IMG/VR virus record: IMGVR_UViG_3300001848_000569
Span: 1-53,369 of that record
Length of the DNA stretch: 53,369 bases
Direction: 5' to 3' (one strand)
From: a virus
Taxonomy: Duplodnaviria > Caudoviricetes
Part shown: piece by piece, positions 37,461 through 47,043 of the stretch
Layout: each line of letters starts with the position of its first letter
Position numbering within the stretch: the first letter of the stretch is position 1
Notes under the pieces: generated by a model
The model's database searches: none
What the model was told of the DNA's origin: nothing
The model's input: the letters and a program-made list of their open reading frames with translations, nothing else
Position numbers and translations under genes: made by a program

Positions 37461-38315
37461 ATGAAAAAATCATTTTTTCTTTTTGTCATTCTTGCAATTT
37501 TTATTACTGCTTGCACTCGTATCACTCCCGGTAATGTAGGATTTAAAGTATCCTATTCTGGTAATTATCGAGGAGTAGACTCCATTCCTCTTGAAAACGG
37601 TTGGGTATGGTATTTTCCTTTTACCTCTCATGTTGTGTCTTTTCCTGTTAGTATGCAGCACGTTGTTTACTCTAATTCTACTCAAGAAGGGGGAGAAGAA
37701 AATCAAGAACTTACATTGGGTTGTAAAGGAGGTTCTGGCTTTTATGTTAATGTAGGTCTTAACTACACTATCATAGCCTCTAAAGCCTCTCATATCTATC
37801 TTAAGTATAAAACAGATGATCTTGATGTCCTTAATCAAGGTTATATCCGTAATACTGTTAGAAAAGTTATGAATGATTTAGCAGGTACTTACACAATGGA
37901 TAGTCTCTTATCAAATAGACCTTCTTATGAAAGAGAAGCTGAAGCACAGCTTAAGGTTATCCTTGGAAAGGATGGATTTGATATTAGTCAACTATCAATT
38001 CTAGACAATCCTCGTCCTACCGATAAGATGATAGCTCAATCTATTTCTAATAAGATTAGAGCCAAGCAAGATGCTGAAACTGAACAGATGAAAGTTCAAC
38101 AGTCTATTGCTCAAGCTAATCAAAAGATTGCAGAAGCTAAAGGTGATAGTGCTAGTAAGATGATTAATGCCGCAGGTACAGCTAAAGCTAATGCTCTTAT
38201 ACAACAGAGCTTAACAGATTTACTTATCCAAAAATTGTGGATTGAACGCTGGAATGGACAAGTTTCTCAGTATAATCTTGGTGGATCAACTCCCTTGATT
38301 CAAATACCTCATTAA
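37461..38315 (+). CDS. SPFH/band-7 (prohibitin-like) lipoprotein
   Basis: Lipobox ITAC; RITPGNVG; A-rich coiled coil; IERWNG. Confidence 0.88.
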   Translation: MKKSFFLFVILAIFITACTRITPGNVGFKVSYSGNYRGVDSIPLENGWVWYFPFTSHVVSFPVSMQHVVYSNSTQEGGEENQELTLGCKGGSGFYVNVGLNYTIIASKASHIYLKYKTDDLDVLNQGYIRNTVRKVMNDLAGTYTMDSLLSNRPSYEREAEAQLKVILGKDGFDISQLSILDNPRPTDKMIAQSISNKIRAKQDAETEQMKVQQSIAQANQKIAEAKGDSASKMINAAGTAKANALIQQSLTDLLIQKLWIERWNGQVSQYNLGGSTPLIQIPH

Positions 38316-38361
38316 TAAAATAATGGGCCGAAGTGGTGAAAATGGTAGACACGCAAGACTT

Positions 38362-39070
38362 TAACTATAATTAATTTTTTTAATGTTTTATAAGGAACAT
38401 AAATTATATGGACCATATCTTTCTAAAGATGGTAGATTAAGAATATATTTGAAATATCTAGATGGTACTAATACTACCATTTCTTACCCAAAGTATTTGG
38501 TGGAAAAAGAAATAAATAGAATTTTAAATATTAATGAAACCATTGATCACATTGATGGTAATCCTCTTAATAACGATCTAGATAATTTAAGAATAATAAA
38601 TAGAAAAGAACATTCTATTCAGGATATAAAAAGACTTTACGATATCAAAGTAAAGTGTATATATTGTGGGACTGATTTTATAATAAAAGGTAACAAAATT
38701 AGAGACAGAAATAGAAATGGAAAATCTGGTCCATTTTGTTCTAAATCTTGTACTGGAAAATATGGAAGAGAACTACAACTTAATAATATATCCAAATTAT
38801 CTTCAATACCCATTGAAAGAAAGAAATATAAAAAGAAAGAATTAATAGAAATTGAGCCTAATATAAGAAATTATATTAGTGAACAGTAGAATATCGGCGA
38901 AAGCTTACTTGAAAGGAGTTGCTAACACCGAGGCATAGGCTATAAATTTATTATAGATTCAGCCGTAGAGACTAAATGCTACTGCACCTAAAATAGAAAT
39001 ATCATGGTGAAGAAATAGTCCAGACCACAAATTTATATTTATATAAAGTAGTGAAAACTATAGTGGTAAG
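38362..39070 (+). mobile_element. Group I intron with homing endonuclease
   Basis: Exon ends in U, intron ends in G; TTGAGCCT guide (38852-59); P/Q-like ATATCGGCGAAAGC and GCTAACACCGAG; R CCGTAGAGACTA; S AAGAAATAGTCC (P7 GACTA/TAGTC). Confidence 0.9.
38383..38889 (+). CDS. Intron-encoded HNH homing endonuclease with zinc finger
   Basis: IDHIDGNPLNNDLDNL...H; CIYC...FCSKSC. Confidence 0.9.
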   Translation: MFYKEHKLYGPYLSKDGRLRIYLKYLDGTNTTISYPKYLVEKEINRILNINETIDHIDGNPLNNDLDNLRIINRKEHSIQDIKRLYDIKVKCIYCGTDFIIKGNKIRDRNRNGKSGPFCSKSCTGKYGRELQLNNISKLSSIPIERKKYKKKELIEIEPNIRNYISEQ

Positions 39071-39151
39071 AAAATCTTGTTGTCCGTAAAAGGCAGTGTG
39101 GGTTCGAGTCCCACCTTCGGTACTAAATTTAAAATATAATAGCTAAAATAA

Positions 39152-39583
39152 ATGAATAATTTGTATAAGCCTTTAAAACCTTATCTTTATTTAGAAGATG
39201 AGGAATATGAAGAAAAAAGAAAAGAGTTATATTCAGGAGAAGAAATGACTTTTAGTATAATAAATGAAGTTATTTCTAATTATAAATTAGAAGATGGGTG
39301 TGTTTTAAAAGATTTTATTATTTGTTGTAGAGGATCATATGAAGACTTTGATAAAGAAATGTATTTATCTGTTATTTATAAAAAACCTTTATCTTCTAAT
39401 AAAAAGAAGCAAGTTATAAGAAATAATAATATACGAAGAAAAGAATATAAGAAAAAATTAGAGGAATTTAAAGTGAGATACAAGGAATGGAAAGAATGGG
39501 AATCAAAAAAATCCGAAAGAAAAAAAGAATACCGTAAACAAACTTATATAAAACTTAAAAAAGAATTTGAAGATGGTCAATAA
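39152..39583 (+). CDS. Hypothetical K/E-rich protein
   Basis: ORF track. Confidence 0.55.
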   Translation: MNNLYKPLKPYLYLEDEEYEEKRKELYSGEEMTFSIINEVISNYKLEDGCVLKDFIICCRGSYEDFDKEMYLSVIYKKPLSSNKKKQVIRNNNIRRKEYKKKLEEFKVRYKEWKEWESKKSERKKEYRKQTYIKLKKEFEDGQ

Positions 39584-39788
39584 ATATGTAGATCGCTTAG
39601 CTTCTGAATGAAAAACTCGTGGTATTTTTAGTAAGGGATTAGACAAATTATCTAACTACTTTGATGGTATTTATTGTACAAATGGCGTAAAAGATTTAGA
39701 TGATATTGATATTGAACTAGGAGAACCAAGTAGCCAACGCCAGATAAATTTTCTTAATGATAAAGTTAAACAATTAAATATTTATTAA
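39573..39788 (+). pseudogene. Chimeric remnant with PRPP-synthetase-like C-terminus and in-frame TGA (39609-11)
   Basis: MVNKYVDRLASE*KTRGIFSKGLDKLSNYFDGIYCTN. Confidence 0.5.
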
Positions 39789-40044
39789 ATAAAAAACTAA
39801 AGCAAGGGGAAGTAAGAGACTGGGGGTGTCCTCGATCAACTTTTCCTTGCTTGTTTTTAAAACTAAAAGATATAAGTATAAATGAAATATGAAACTTTAA
39901 GAGCTAATACATTTGAACTCCTTTGGGATGAATATCAAGATTATTTAAAAAAATATCCTGTTGCTGGGTATGGAACTACTGTAATTAATATAGGTAAAGT
40001 ATTACTTAACGGACCAAATACATATTGGTTACAACTCTCTAGAA

Positions 40045-40290
40045 ATGCATCATCTGACTAAATTTATTAAAAAGTTAAAAGAAGACTTTAAAACTTTTTT
40101 ATTTGATAAGGATAATTCAATAGAAGCAATTCAAAAAAATATTAATTACATTGATATACAAAAGGTAATTAATAAACTTGAAGGTTATTCTGATGATATT
40201 TTACACCATGCTTATCTTATTTATAATGAACATGGATTTTTTAAAGCAATAGTTTATTTAAAATCTAAACGTATACAAAATGCCGCATGA
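40045..40290 (+). CDS. Hypothetical protein
   Basis: ORF track. Confidence 0.5.
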   Translation: MHHLTKFIKKLKEDFKTFLFDKDNSIEAIQKNINYIDIQKVINKLEGYSDDILHHAYLIYNEHGFFKAIVYLKSKRIQNAA

Positions 40291-40477
40291 ACCTTTTAAA
40301 TGTGTTAAGGCACGTACAATGGAAGAACAAAGATTAGGAGAATATGTTCTTTATCATGAAGATAACCCAAAACAAGTTCTCGCATTTCACCCAAAGCATC
40401 TTTCTGAAGCTCAAAGATTGTATTTGGTTAATACTCTTAATGGAATTAAAAAATATAAATGGCCTAGTAAAATCTAA
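40280..40477 (+). CDS. Hypothetical protein
   Basis: ORF track. Confidence 0.5.
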   Translation: MPHEPFKCVKARTMEEQRLGEYVLYHEDNPKQVLAFHPKHLSEAQRLYLVNTLNGIKKYKWPSKI

Positions 40478-40480
40478 ATT

Positions 40481-40804
40481 ATGAAAGTAAAATTTAAAAC
40501 TGGTGAAAGTATTATTGTTCAATTTGAACATTTTCAAGGTGAAAAAATAAGAGAAACTTATTGTCATATATCGGAATGGGATGATTTAAATAAAGAGAAA
40601 AATCTTATTTCTGAAGGAAGGTCTAAATGTAATAAATTAGATAGTTTTAATAAAAACTTTGCTCGTAAATTGTCTCTTCGCAGAGCTTTAGAGAATACTC
40701 ACTATACAAAAGAAGAAAGAAAACAAATTTGGTTTATTTATAATAATGAGGTTTCATCAAAGTATAAGTGGAAATGGCAAGAAGAAAGCGAGGTAGCTAT
40801 GTAA
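40481..40804 (+). CDS. Hypothetical phage protein (G.S.C...D.F.K...R..SL.RAL family)
   Basis: Motif in translation. Confidence 0.6.
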   Translation: MKVKFKTGESIIVQFEHFQGEKIRETYCHISEWDDLNKEKNLISEGRSKCNKLDSFNKNFARKLSLRRALENTHYTKEERKQIWFIYNNEVSSKYKWKWQEESEVAM

Positions 40805-41030
40805 AAATAAAGGAAAAAATTAATTCTTTTTCTTTAGAGAAAAGGCTATATGTTAGTGATATAATAAAATCTTATAAAACTTTATCTCCTGATCAAATAG
40901 TGGTTAAATTAAGAATGGAACATCAAATTCCAATGAATAAGGAAATGGTTGAAGAAATTATTAATGACCCTATGGAAGCAGAATATTATGATATTGCCTT
41001 AAATAAAAGTATAAATAATATATTTTACTA

Positions 41031-41591
41031 ATGATCAAAATTAGTATTGAAAATTTAAATAAACATTTTTTAACCCCAGATGAAATATTATTTTTATATC
41101 TTCTTACTACGGAGTTTCAACTTTCTTCTTCGATTAATCTTTCTATTAGAGATAATTTTTTAATAGATAATCGCCTAATTATAAAAAGTTCTGATAATAA
41201 AATAAGTATTACTAAATATGGTTTAGAACTACTTAAAGACTTTGAAATAATTGAGGGTGAAAAGATATTAATGGCAGATGAATTAATGGAATTTTGTCAA
41301 GAATATAGAAATTTATTTCCATCTGGGGTTACAAGTGGTGGAAGATTGGTTAAAGGAGATAAGGCTGGGGTTTATCGTAAAATGAAGAAATTTATCTTAA
41401 ATCATCCCGGAGTATCTTTTGAAAGTATTTTAAATGTTACTAGATCTTATATTAGTAAATTTGAAGGTAATTACTCTTTTTTAACTTGTGCTGATTATTT
41501 AATTGAAAAAGATGGATTAAGTCAATTATCAGGATTAGTTGAGCAAGGACAAGTTAATGTTACTACTAGTATAGAAGAAAGGAGGTTATAA
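41031..41591 (+). CDS. Putative replication initiation / helicase-loader-like protein
   Basis: Coupled to the helicase gene; wHTH-like N-terminus, helical C-terminus. Confidence 0.45.
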   Translation: MIKISIENLNKHFLTPDEILFLYLLTTEFQLSSSINLSIRDNFLIDNRLIIKSSDNKISITKYGLELLKDFEIIEGEKILMADELMEFCQEYRNLFPSGVTSGGRLVKGDKAGVYRKMKKFILNHPGVSFESILNVTRSYISKFEGNYSFLTCADYLIEKDGLSQLSGLVEQGQVNVTTSIEERRL

Positions 41592-42697
41592 TGATATATG
41601 ATAGAGTAAAAGAAGAATTACTCATAAATAAAAAAATAAGAAAAGATGGGAGATACATTGCTATACCTTGGCCGAATATGCCTAAATTAAGTAGTGTAAT
41701 ACCCGGTATTCAAAGGAGTAGATATATAATTGTAACGGCAAATTCAAAGGTCGGTAAAACGCAGATTGGAGATTTCTTATTTTTATATGAACCACTTGAT
41801 TTTCTTTCTTCTCATCCCGATGCTAAACTTAAGATTAAAATATTCTATTTCTCTTTAGAAATAAGCAAGGAGGATAAAATTCTTCAAATGATTTCTAACA
41901 GAATATTTAAAGATTATCAGATTACTATTTCTACTGATAATCTTAGATCTTATTTTAACGGGTATATTCTTGAAGATAAATTAGTAGAAATTATATCTTC
42001 TTATGAAGAATATTTTAGATGGGTTGAAACAGTTGTGGAGTTTATAGACCAAGTAAGAAATCCTTATGGAATTTACAAACTAATAAGAGATTATGCTAAA
42101 ACGCATGGTAAGTTCTATAAAAATGATGGTACAGAGGTAATTATGAATAATGGTGAAAATCTAATGTATGATTATTATGTCCCAAATGATCCAGAAGAAC
42201 AGGTTTTGATAATAGTTGATAATTTTAATTTATTACAACCTGAAAAAGGAGAAGATCTTTGGTCTGCAATGCATAAATTTTCATCAGATTATGCTCTTAA
42301 AATAAGAGATAATTTTAAATATACCTTAATAGGTATACAGCAACAAGCTGCTGATCAGGAAAAACAACAATTTACTTTTAAAGGAAATAGTATTATTGAA
42401 AAAATAAGGCCATCAGCAGATGGATTAGGTGATTGTAAACTTACAGCTAGAGATTGTGATTTAATGATTGGTTTATTTGCTCCTTATAGATATAAAATAG
42501 TAACATATCCTATTAATGGTGGGTATGATATAAATAAATTAAAAGATAATTATCGTGAGCTTTCTATTCTTTTAAATAGAAGAGGAGGTGGTAATATCAA
42601 TTTAGATTTATATTTTAATGGTGCAGCCAATTATTTTGAAGAACTACCAGCACCTAATAGTAAGAAAATGATAGAAATTTATAACCAATTACAATAA
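41591..42697 (+). CDS. dnaB: DnaB-like replicative helicase
   Basis: TANSKVGKT, YFSLEI, IIVDN, IQQQ, ARDCD, LLNRRG. Confidence 0.85.
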   Translation: MIYDRVKEELLINKKIRKDGRYIAIPWPNMPKLSSVIPGIQRSRYIIVTANSKVGKTQIGDFLFLYEPLDFLSSHPDAKLKIKIFYFSLEISKEDKILQMISNRIFKDYQITISTDNLRSYFNGYILEDKLVEIISSYEEYFRWVETVVEFIDQVRNPYGIYKLIRDYAKTHGKFYKNDGTEVIMNNGENLMYDYYVPNDPEEQVLIIVDNFNLLQPEKGEDLWSAMHKFSSDYALKIRDNFKYTLIGIQQQAADQEKQQFTFKGNSIIEKIRPSADGLGDCKLTARDCDLMIGLFAPYRYKIVTYPINGGYDINKLKDNYRELSILLNRRGGGNINLDLYFNGAANYFEELPAPNSKKMIEIYNQLQ

Positions 42698-42700
42698 TTA

Positions 42701-43447
42701 ATGGAAGAAACTTTTGTACTACCTACAGCTCCTATAGAAGCAAGTATAAAATCACCAAAAGTACTTATAATCTATAGCAAACCTAAGACTGGTAAAACCA
42801 CTCTTTTATCAGCTTTAAATAACTGTTTAATATTAGATACTGAACATGGTTCAGATTATGTTTCAGCTTTAAAAGTTAAGATTGAAACTGCACAAGATTT
42901 GAAAAGATGCGGAGATGCTATTTTAAAAGCTGGAAAACCTTATAAATATGTAGCAATAGATACGGTAACTGCACTTGAGGATATTGCTCTTAGTGTAGCT
43001 TTAGCAAAATATAAAGATACACCAATTGGTAAAAACTTTGGTAGTAGGCCGGGAGAAGATTCTGTGCTAAAATTACCCAATGGAGCAGGTTATTATTGGT
43101 TAAGAATAGCTATGGAATCCTTAACCAATTATATTGAGACTCTTGCTCCATATACTATTATTTGTGCTCATCTTAAAGAAAAGCTTTTAACTATTGATTC
43201 TAAAGAAGTATCAGCAGCAGATTTAGATTTAACTGGAAAAGTTAAAAATATTATTTGTGCTAATGCGGATGCTATAGGATTATTAAAACGAGAAGGAAAT
43301 AAAACGATATTAAGTTTTAAAACTAGCGATATTGTAACATGTGGAGCTAGACCCGAACACTTAAGAAACCAAGAATTTGTAATGTTACAATCAAACGATA
43401 AAAATCAAATAGAAGAAATAGGTTGGAATAAAATATATATTGATTAA
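42701..43447 (+). CDS. AAA ATPase (Sak4-like)
   Basis: YSKPKTGKTT, LDTEHG, VAIDT, ICAH. Confidence 0.8.
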   Translation: MEETFVLPTAPIEASIKSPKVLIIYSKPKTGKTTLLSALNNCLILDTEHGSDYVSALKVKIETAQDLKRCGDAILKAGKPYKYVAIDTVTALEDIALSVALAKYKDTPIGKNFGSRPGEDSVLKLPNGAGYYWLRIAMESLTNYIETLAPYTIICAHLKEKLLTIDSKEVSAADLDLTGKVKNIICANADAIGLLKREGNKTILSFKTSDIVTCGARPEHLRNQEFVMLQSNDKNQIEEIGWNKIYID

Positions 43448-43482
43448 ATAAATTAAAATTTTAAAAATTAAAAAGTTAAATT

Positions 43483-44241
43483 ATGGCAATTACAGTTAAT
43501 GAAAATGAAAGTAAACCAAAGAGTAACAAATATCATGGTATTACTACTTTTAATGTTGTGTGTGTAAATCCTACTAAGGACGAAATGAATGAAATGGGGA
43601 TTAAAACTGACAAAGATCCCTCATATTTAAACACCGAAAGAGGTAATACTAGAATTGATATTTATTTGGAAAATACTACTGTTAAAACTAAAGCTACCTT
43701 CTTTTTATCAGTTGGTAAAGAATCTACTAAAAATCCCGGTAGTTTTCAATGGGTTGATAAATTTGGTAATTTCCAGTGGGGTACTGAACCAAGTAAAATT
43801 GGTCCAAGTAGAACTGTTAATGTTGGTGGTAAAGATATTACCTTTATCTTTGATCAAGAGAGTGCTAGAAAGGCATATGCTGGCGAAGAAGCACTTACTA
43901 ATTTTATTAGAGCTATCGGTTGTGTAGAAAAGGATCAGGAATGTCGTTTGGACACTATTGAGTCTATTTTTACTAAAGGTGATATTTCTGAAATAGCTTC
44001 TATTATTAATTCAGTTAAATCCACTAATTCTGTTTGGGCAGCTGTGGGTATTACTGGTAATGGATATTATAATATCTATAATAAGAAGTTTTTACCCGGA
44101 TTTGTTAAGAGTGTAGTTTCTATTGCGAATGCTATTCAAAAAGATAGTTATGCAAAAGAAAATTATGGTGTTTATCCTTATAATTTTGTACAAGAGGGGT
44201 CTGAACAACCAAAAGTTTCTTCTGAAACTAGTCCTTTCTAA
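43483..44241 (+). CDS. Putative ssDNA-binding protein
   Basis: Between ATPase and primase; VCVNPT motif; flexible tail ending PF. Confidence 0.5.
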   Translation: MAITVNENESKPKSNKYHGITTFNVVCVNPTKDEMNEMGIKTDKDPSYLNTERGNTRIDIYLENTTVKTKATFFLSVGKESTKNPGSFQWVDKFGNFQWGTEPSKIGPSRTVNVGGKDITFIFDQESARKAYAGEEALTNFIRAIGCVEKDQECRLDTIESIFTKGDISEIASIINSVKSTNSVWAAVGITGNGYYNIYNKKFLPGFVKSVVSIANAIQKDSYAKENYGVYPYNFVQEGSEQPKVSSETSPF

Positions 44242-44260
44242 ATTTTATAAAGCTTAAATA

Positions 44261-45226
44261 ATGGTCAATATAGAATTAGCAATAACAAAGGAGTTAATCC
44301 TTAAAAAATGTTCACAAGAACAGATATATAGTCATTATTTAGGTAAATATAAAATTGGATCTGCCATGAAGTGCCCTTGGAGAGAAGATAGAACTCCTAG
44401 TTTTTCACTTTTCTATAACTCAACTGGGGTACTTCTATGGATAGACCATAGTTATCATGAAATAGGAAACGTATTTCAATTAGTCCAAAGAATATTTAAT
44501 TTGAGGTTTGTGGAGACTCTAAAGAAAATATCAGTTGATTTACATTTAAATACTATTACAAATTTTAATAATAATCCACTTGTAATAAGTTATATACATA
44601 ACAATCCGGTAGAATTTTCAGATGAAGAAAGACCATTTACTAGTATTGATTTACAATATTGGGAAAACTATGGTATAAGTCAAAAAACACTATTTAAGTA
44701 TAATATATTTGCTATTAATAAGCTATTTATTAATGGTAAGTGGAAATGGTCATATAGCAATTCTTGTCCTATTTATAAGTTTTTAGATCAAGAATCTATT
44801 AAATACTATAGACCACTAGCTCCAAAACATAGTAAATGGAAAGGAAATGGTGTTAATATTATACAAGGATGGGAACAATTACCAAAGGGAAAACTAGATA
44901 TGTTAGTAATTACCAAGGCTAGAAAAGATATAATGACCCTAGATGAGTTAGGTATATTTTCCATAGCTACTATTACTGAAAGTAAAAAATTTACCACTGA
45001 ACAAATATCTAATATAAAAGATAAGGCAAACATTATTGTGAGTGTTTTTGATAATGACGTTTGTGGCTTAAAACAAAAAGTTTACCTAGAATCATTTGGT
45101 ATTAAAGGTTTTATCATAGAAGAAAAAAGTAAATTAAATAAAAGATTGGATATTTCGGATTTTAGAAAAGAATATGGTAAAGAAAAATTAATAAATAAAT
45201 TAAAAAGTTTTAAAATTTTAAAGTAA
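44261..45226 (+). CDS. dnaG: DNA primase (DnaG-like, TOPRIM)
   Basis: CPWREDRTPSF zinc-finger-like region; ITKARKD; FDND..G; LDISD. Confidence 0.85.
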   Translation: MVNIELAITKELILKKCSQEQIYSHYLGKYKIGSAMKCPWREDRTPSFSLFYNSTGVLLWIDHSYHEIGNVFQLVQRIFNLRFVETLKKISVDLHLNTITNFNNNPLVISYIHNNPVEFSDEERPFTSIDLQYWENYGISQKTLFKYNIFAINKLFINGKWKWSYSNSCPIYKFLDQESIKYYRPLAPKHSKWKGNGVNIIQGWEQLPKGKLDMLVITKARKDIMTLDELGIFSIATITESKKFTTEQISNIKDKANIIVSVFDNDVCGLKQKVYLESFGIKGFIIEEKSKLNKRLDISDFRKEYGKEKLINKLKSFKILK

Positions 45227-45705
45227 TGAGAACAGTTAAGTATGTTAATACTTCTAATAATGCAATTAGTAAGTTTGAAAATGTTGAAAATGGATTAACT
45301 TGGGGTGAATTTAATGAACAATATCTTCATCTAAGTTCTAGTGATCTAAGCGGTAATAATTTTGCTGTTATTGAAGGTTCAATTGGTTTAGTTGGCCCAT
45401 CAACTCTTTTACCTGATGGTGATATTAGAATTGCTTCTAGTCCAAGTAAAATGAAAGCCGGTGAAGTAGATTCTAATGAAATAGTTGAGCTTAGAAAATT
45501 AAGAGATGAATTAAATAATAGAATCAATTCTATTATTTTACATCCCGAAATTTGTGAGTCACTATATGATCTAATTGAATCATTGGAAACATCAGTAGAA
45601 ATTGCAGCAGATTCAGTTGGTACTGCTACTACTACTAGTAGTAAGAAATCTTCTTCTGATGATAGAGATTTAGAAGAGGCCCGTAAGCTACTTGGGGGAA
45701 GATAA
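45226..45705 (+). CDS. Putative ubiquitin-like (beta-grasp) precursor with C-terminal extension
   Basis: N-terminal 79 aa (strand-strand, TWGEF helix, LLPDGD, terminal strand) end in KMKAG; protein ends LLGGR; directly upstream of E2/JAB/E1. Confidence 0.6.
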   Translation: MRTVKYVNTSNNAISKFENVENGLTWGEFNEQYLHLSSSDLSGNNFAVIEGSIGLVGPSTLLPDGDIRIASSPSKMKAGEVDSNEIVELRKLRDELNNRINSIILHPEICESLYDLIESLETSVEIAADSVGTATTTSSKKSSSDDRDLEEARKLLGGR

Positions 45706-45720
45706 TATACAGATATTAAT

Positions 45721-45759
45721 ATAAAGGGGAAGATTCAAATTCTTCCCCTTTATTATTTT
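45721..45759 (+). terminator. Intrinsic terminator / attenuator after the Ubl gene
   Basis: 13-bp stem ATAAAGGGGAAGA/TCTTCCCCTTTAT with T-rich tail. Confidence 0.75.
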
Positions 45760-45772
45760 AAACTTTAAAAAT

Positions 45773-47035
45773 ATGACAACCATATTAGAACCAGATACCA
45801 TTGTTAGTAAAACAGAGGATTTAGAGTTTTTTAATGAAAAAAGTAATATTTTTAATTATTATTTAGTAAATAGTAAAAAAAAAGACCCCACTTTTACGGA
45901 TATACTTAATGTTAAGAAAGTAGAAGTTTATAAAGATTCTTCAGCAGTTTATTATTTAAAGGATTTTTTTGGTGATGGGTATAGTTTTAGTGCAAAGGAC
46001 TTAAAAAGTACTTTTTCAATTATTAATGATGAACAAGTAAAAGTAATAGTAGATAAGTCTATTGGTCTTTTTAAGTCAAAATTACAAGATATTAAGGGTA
46101 TTTTTCAAACTTTTTATTTAGCAGAAAATCTCGATATTACGCAATTGGACTATCTTTTAGCGAATATAAAAACTATTAAAACTAGAGATACTAATTTCGA
46201 TATTTATATTAAATTTCCAAGTATTTTAATAAAAAATTCTAATGGGAAATCGCATTTTATAAAAGATTTATATATCAAATTTCAATTCTCTTATGATTAT
46301 GGAAATAATGTTTTGCGTTTAGCTAATTTATATGGCTATAGACCCAATAGAACTTTAGGAGAATGGAAAGCAGAATATATACATTCTCATATACAAGGTT
46401 CTGGTACTAGTAGCACTCCATTTAATTCTGGATTTTGCTTTGGGAGTACTAAGATTGCAGTTTCTTTTTCAAAATTACGTCATTCCGAAATAAATTTTAC
46501 TACGCAAGATTTAGAAACCTTTTTAATTGAATTTATAGGTTATTTATCTTGGGAATCTTTAGAGGGCGGGCCATATCGTAGAATAGGAGATATATCTAGT
46601 GCTAATTATATCCCTCTATCTGGTTTACAAAAATATAATATTGATACAGAAGAATGTGTTAAAATTATTCAAAATATTGATATTCCTATTATAGATAGAA
46701 ATGGTATTCCAGAAGTAGATTCGCAAAAGTTAGAAAAGATTTTATTAAGTTTGTCTATTCCTAATTTATCTATTCCTTTTTTAGGATTTAACTCAGAATT
46801 AAATTTATATCTAACACCAAATACTTCTGATGAAAGAGATGAAATAAATCGGTATAAAAAAGTAGTATCCCAAAGATCTTTTAAATTTAATAATTCTACT
46901 ATAAAAGGAGATGTAATTAGTACTGATTTTGAAAATAATTCATTAATTAACAAAGTTATTAATCCTAATTATCTTAATAGTCTAACAATTGGAATAAATA
47001 AAATTTTAATAAATAATTTAAACCATTTAATTTAA
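45773..47035 (+). CDS. Prokaryotic E2-like (UBC-fold) protein
   Basis: YIHSHI...FCFGS (H-x-H then catalytic-Cys-like motif); downstream WESLEGGPY; operon context. Confidence 0.6.
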   Translation: MTTILEPDTIVSKTEDLEFFNEKSNIFNYYLVNSKKKDPTFTDILNVKKVEVYKDSSAVYYLKDFFGDGYSFSAKDLKSTFSIINDEQVKVIVDKSIGLFKSKLQDIKGIFQTFYLAENLDITQLDYLLANIKTIKTRDTNFDIYIKFPSILIKNSNGKSHFIKDLYIKFQFSYDYGNNVLRLANLYGYRPNRTLGEWKAEYIHSHIQGSGTSSTPFNSGFCFGSTKIAVSFSKLRHSEINFTTQDLETFLIEFIGYLSWESLEGGPYRRIGDISSANYIPLSGLQKYNIDTEECVKIIQNIDIPIIDRNGIPEVDSQKLEKILLSLSIPNLSIPFLGFNSELNLYLTPNTSDERDEINRYKKVVSQRSFKFNNSTIKGDVISTDFENNSLINKVINPNYLNSLTIGINKILINNLNHLI

Positions 47036-47043
47036 AAAAAATT

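Larger units (their letters stand above)
38327..39122 (+). tRNA. trnL: tRNA-Leu(UAA), split by an intron (exons 38327-38361 and 39071-39122)
   Basis: Joined exons give GCCGAAG/CTTCGGT acceptor, CAAGA-CT TAA AA-TCTTG anticodon arm, variable arm, T arm. Confidence 0.92.
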
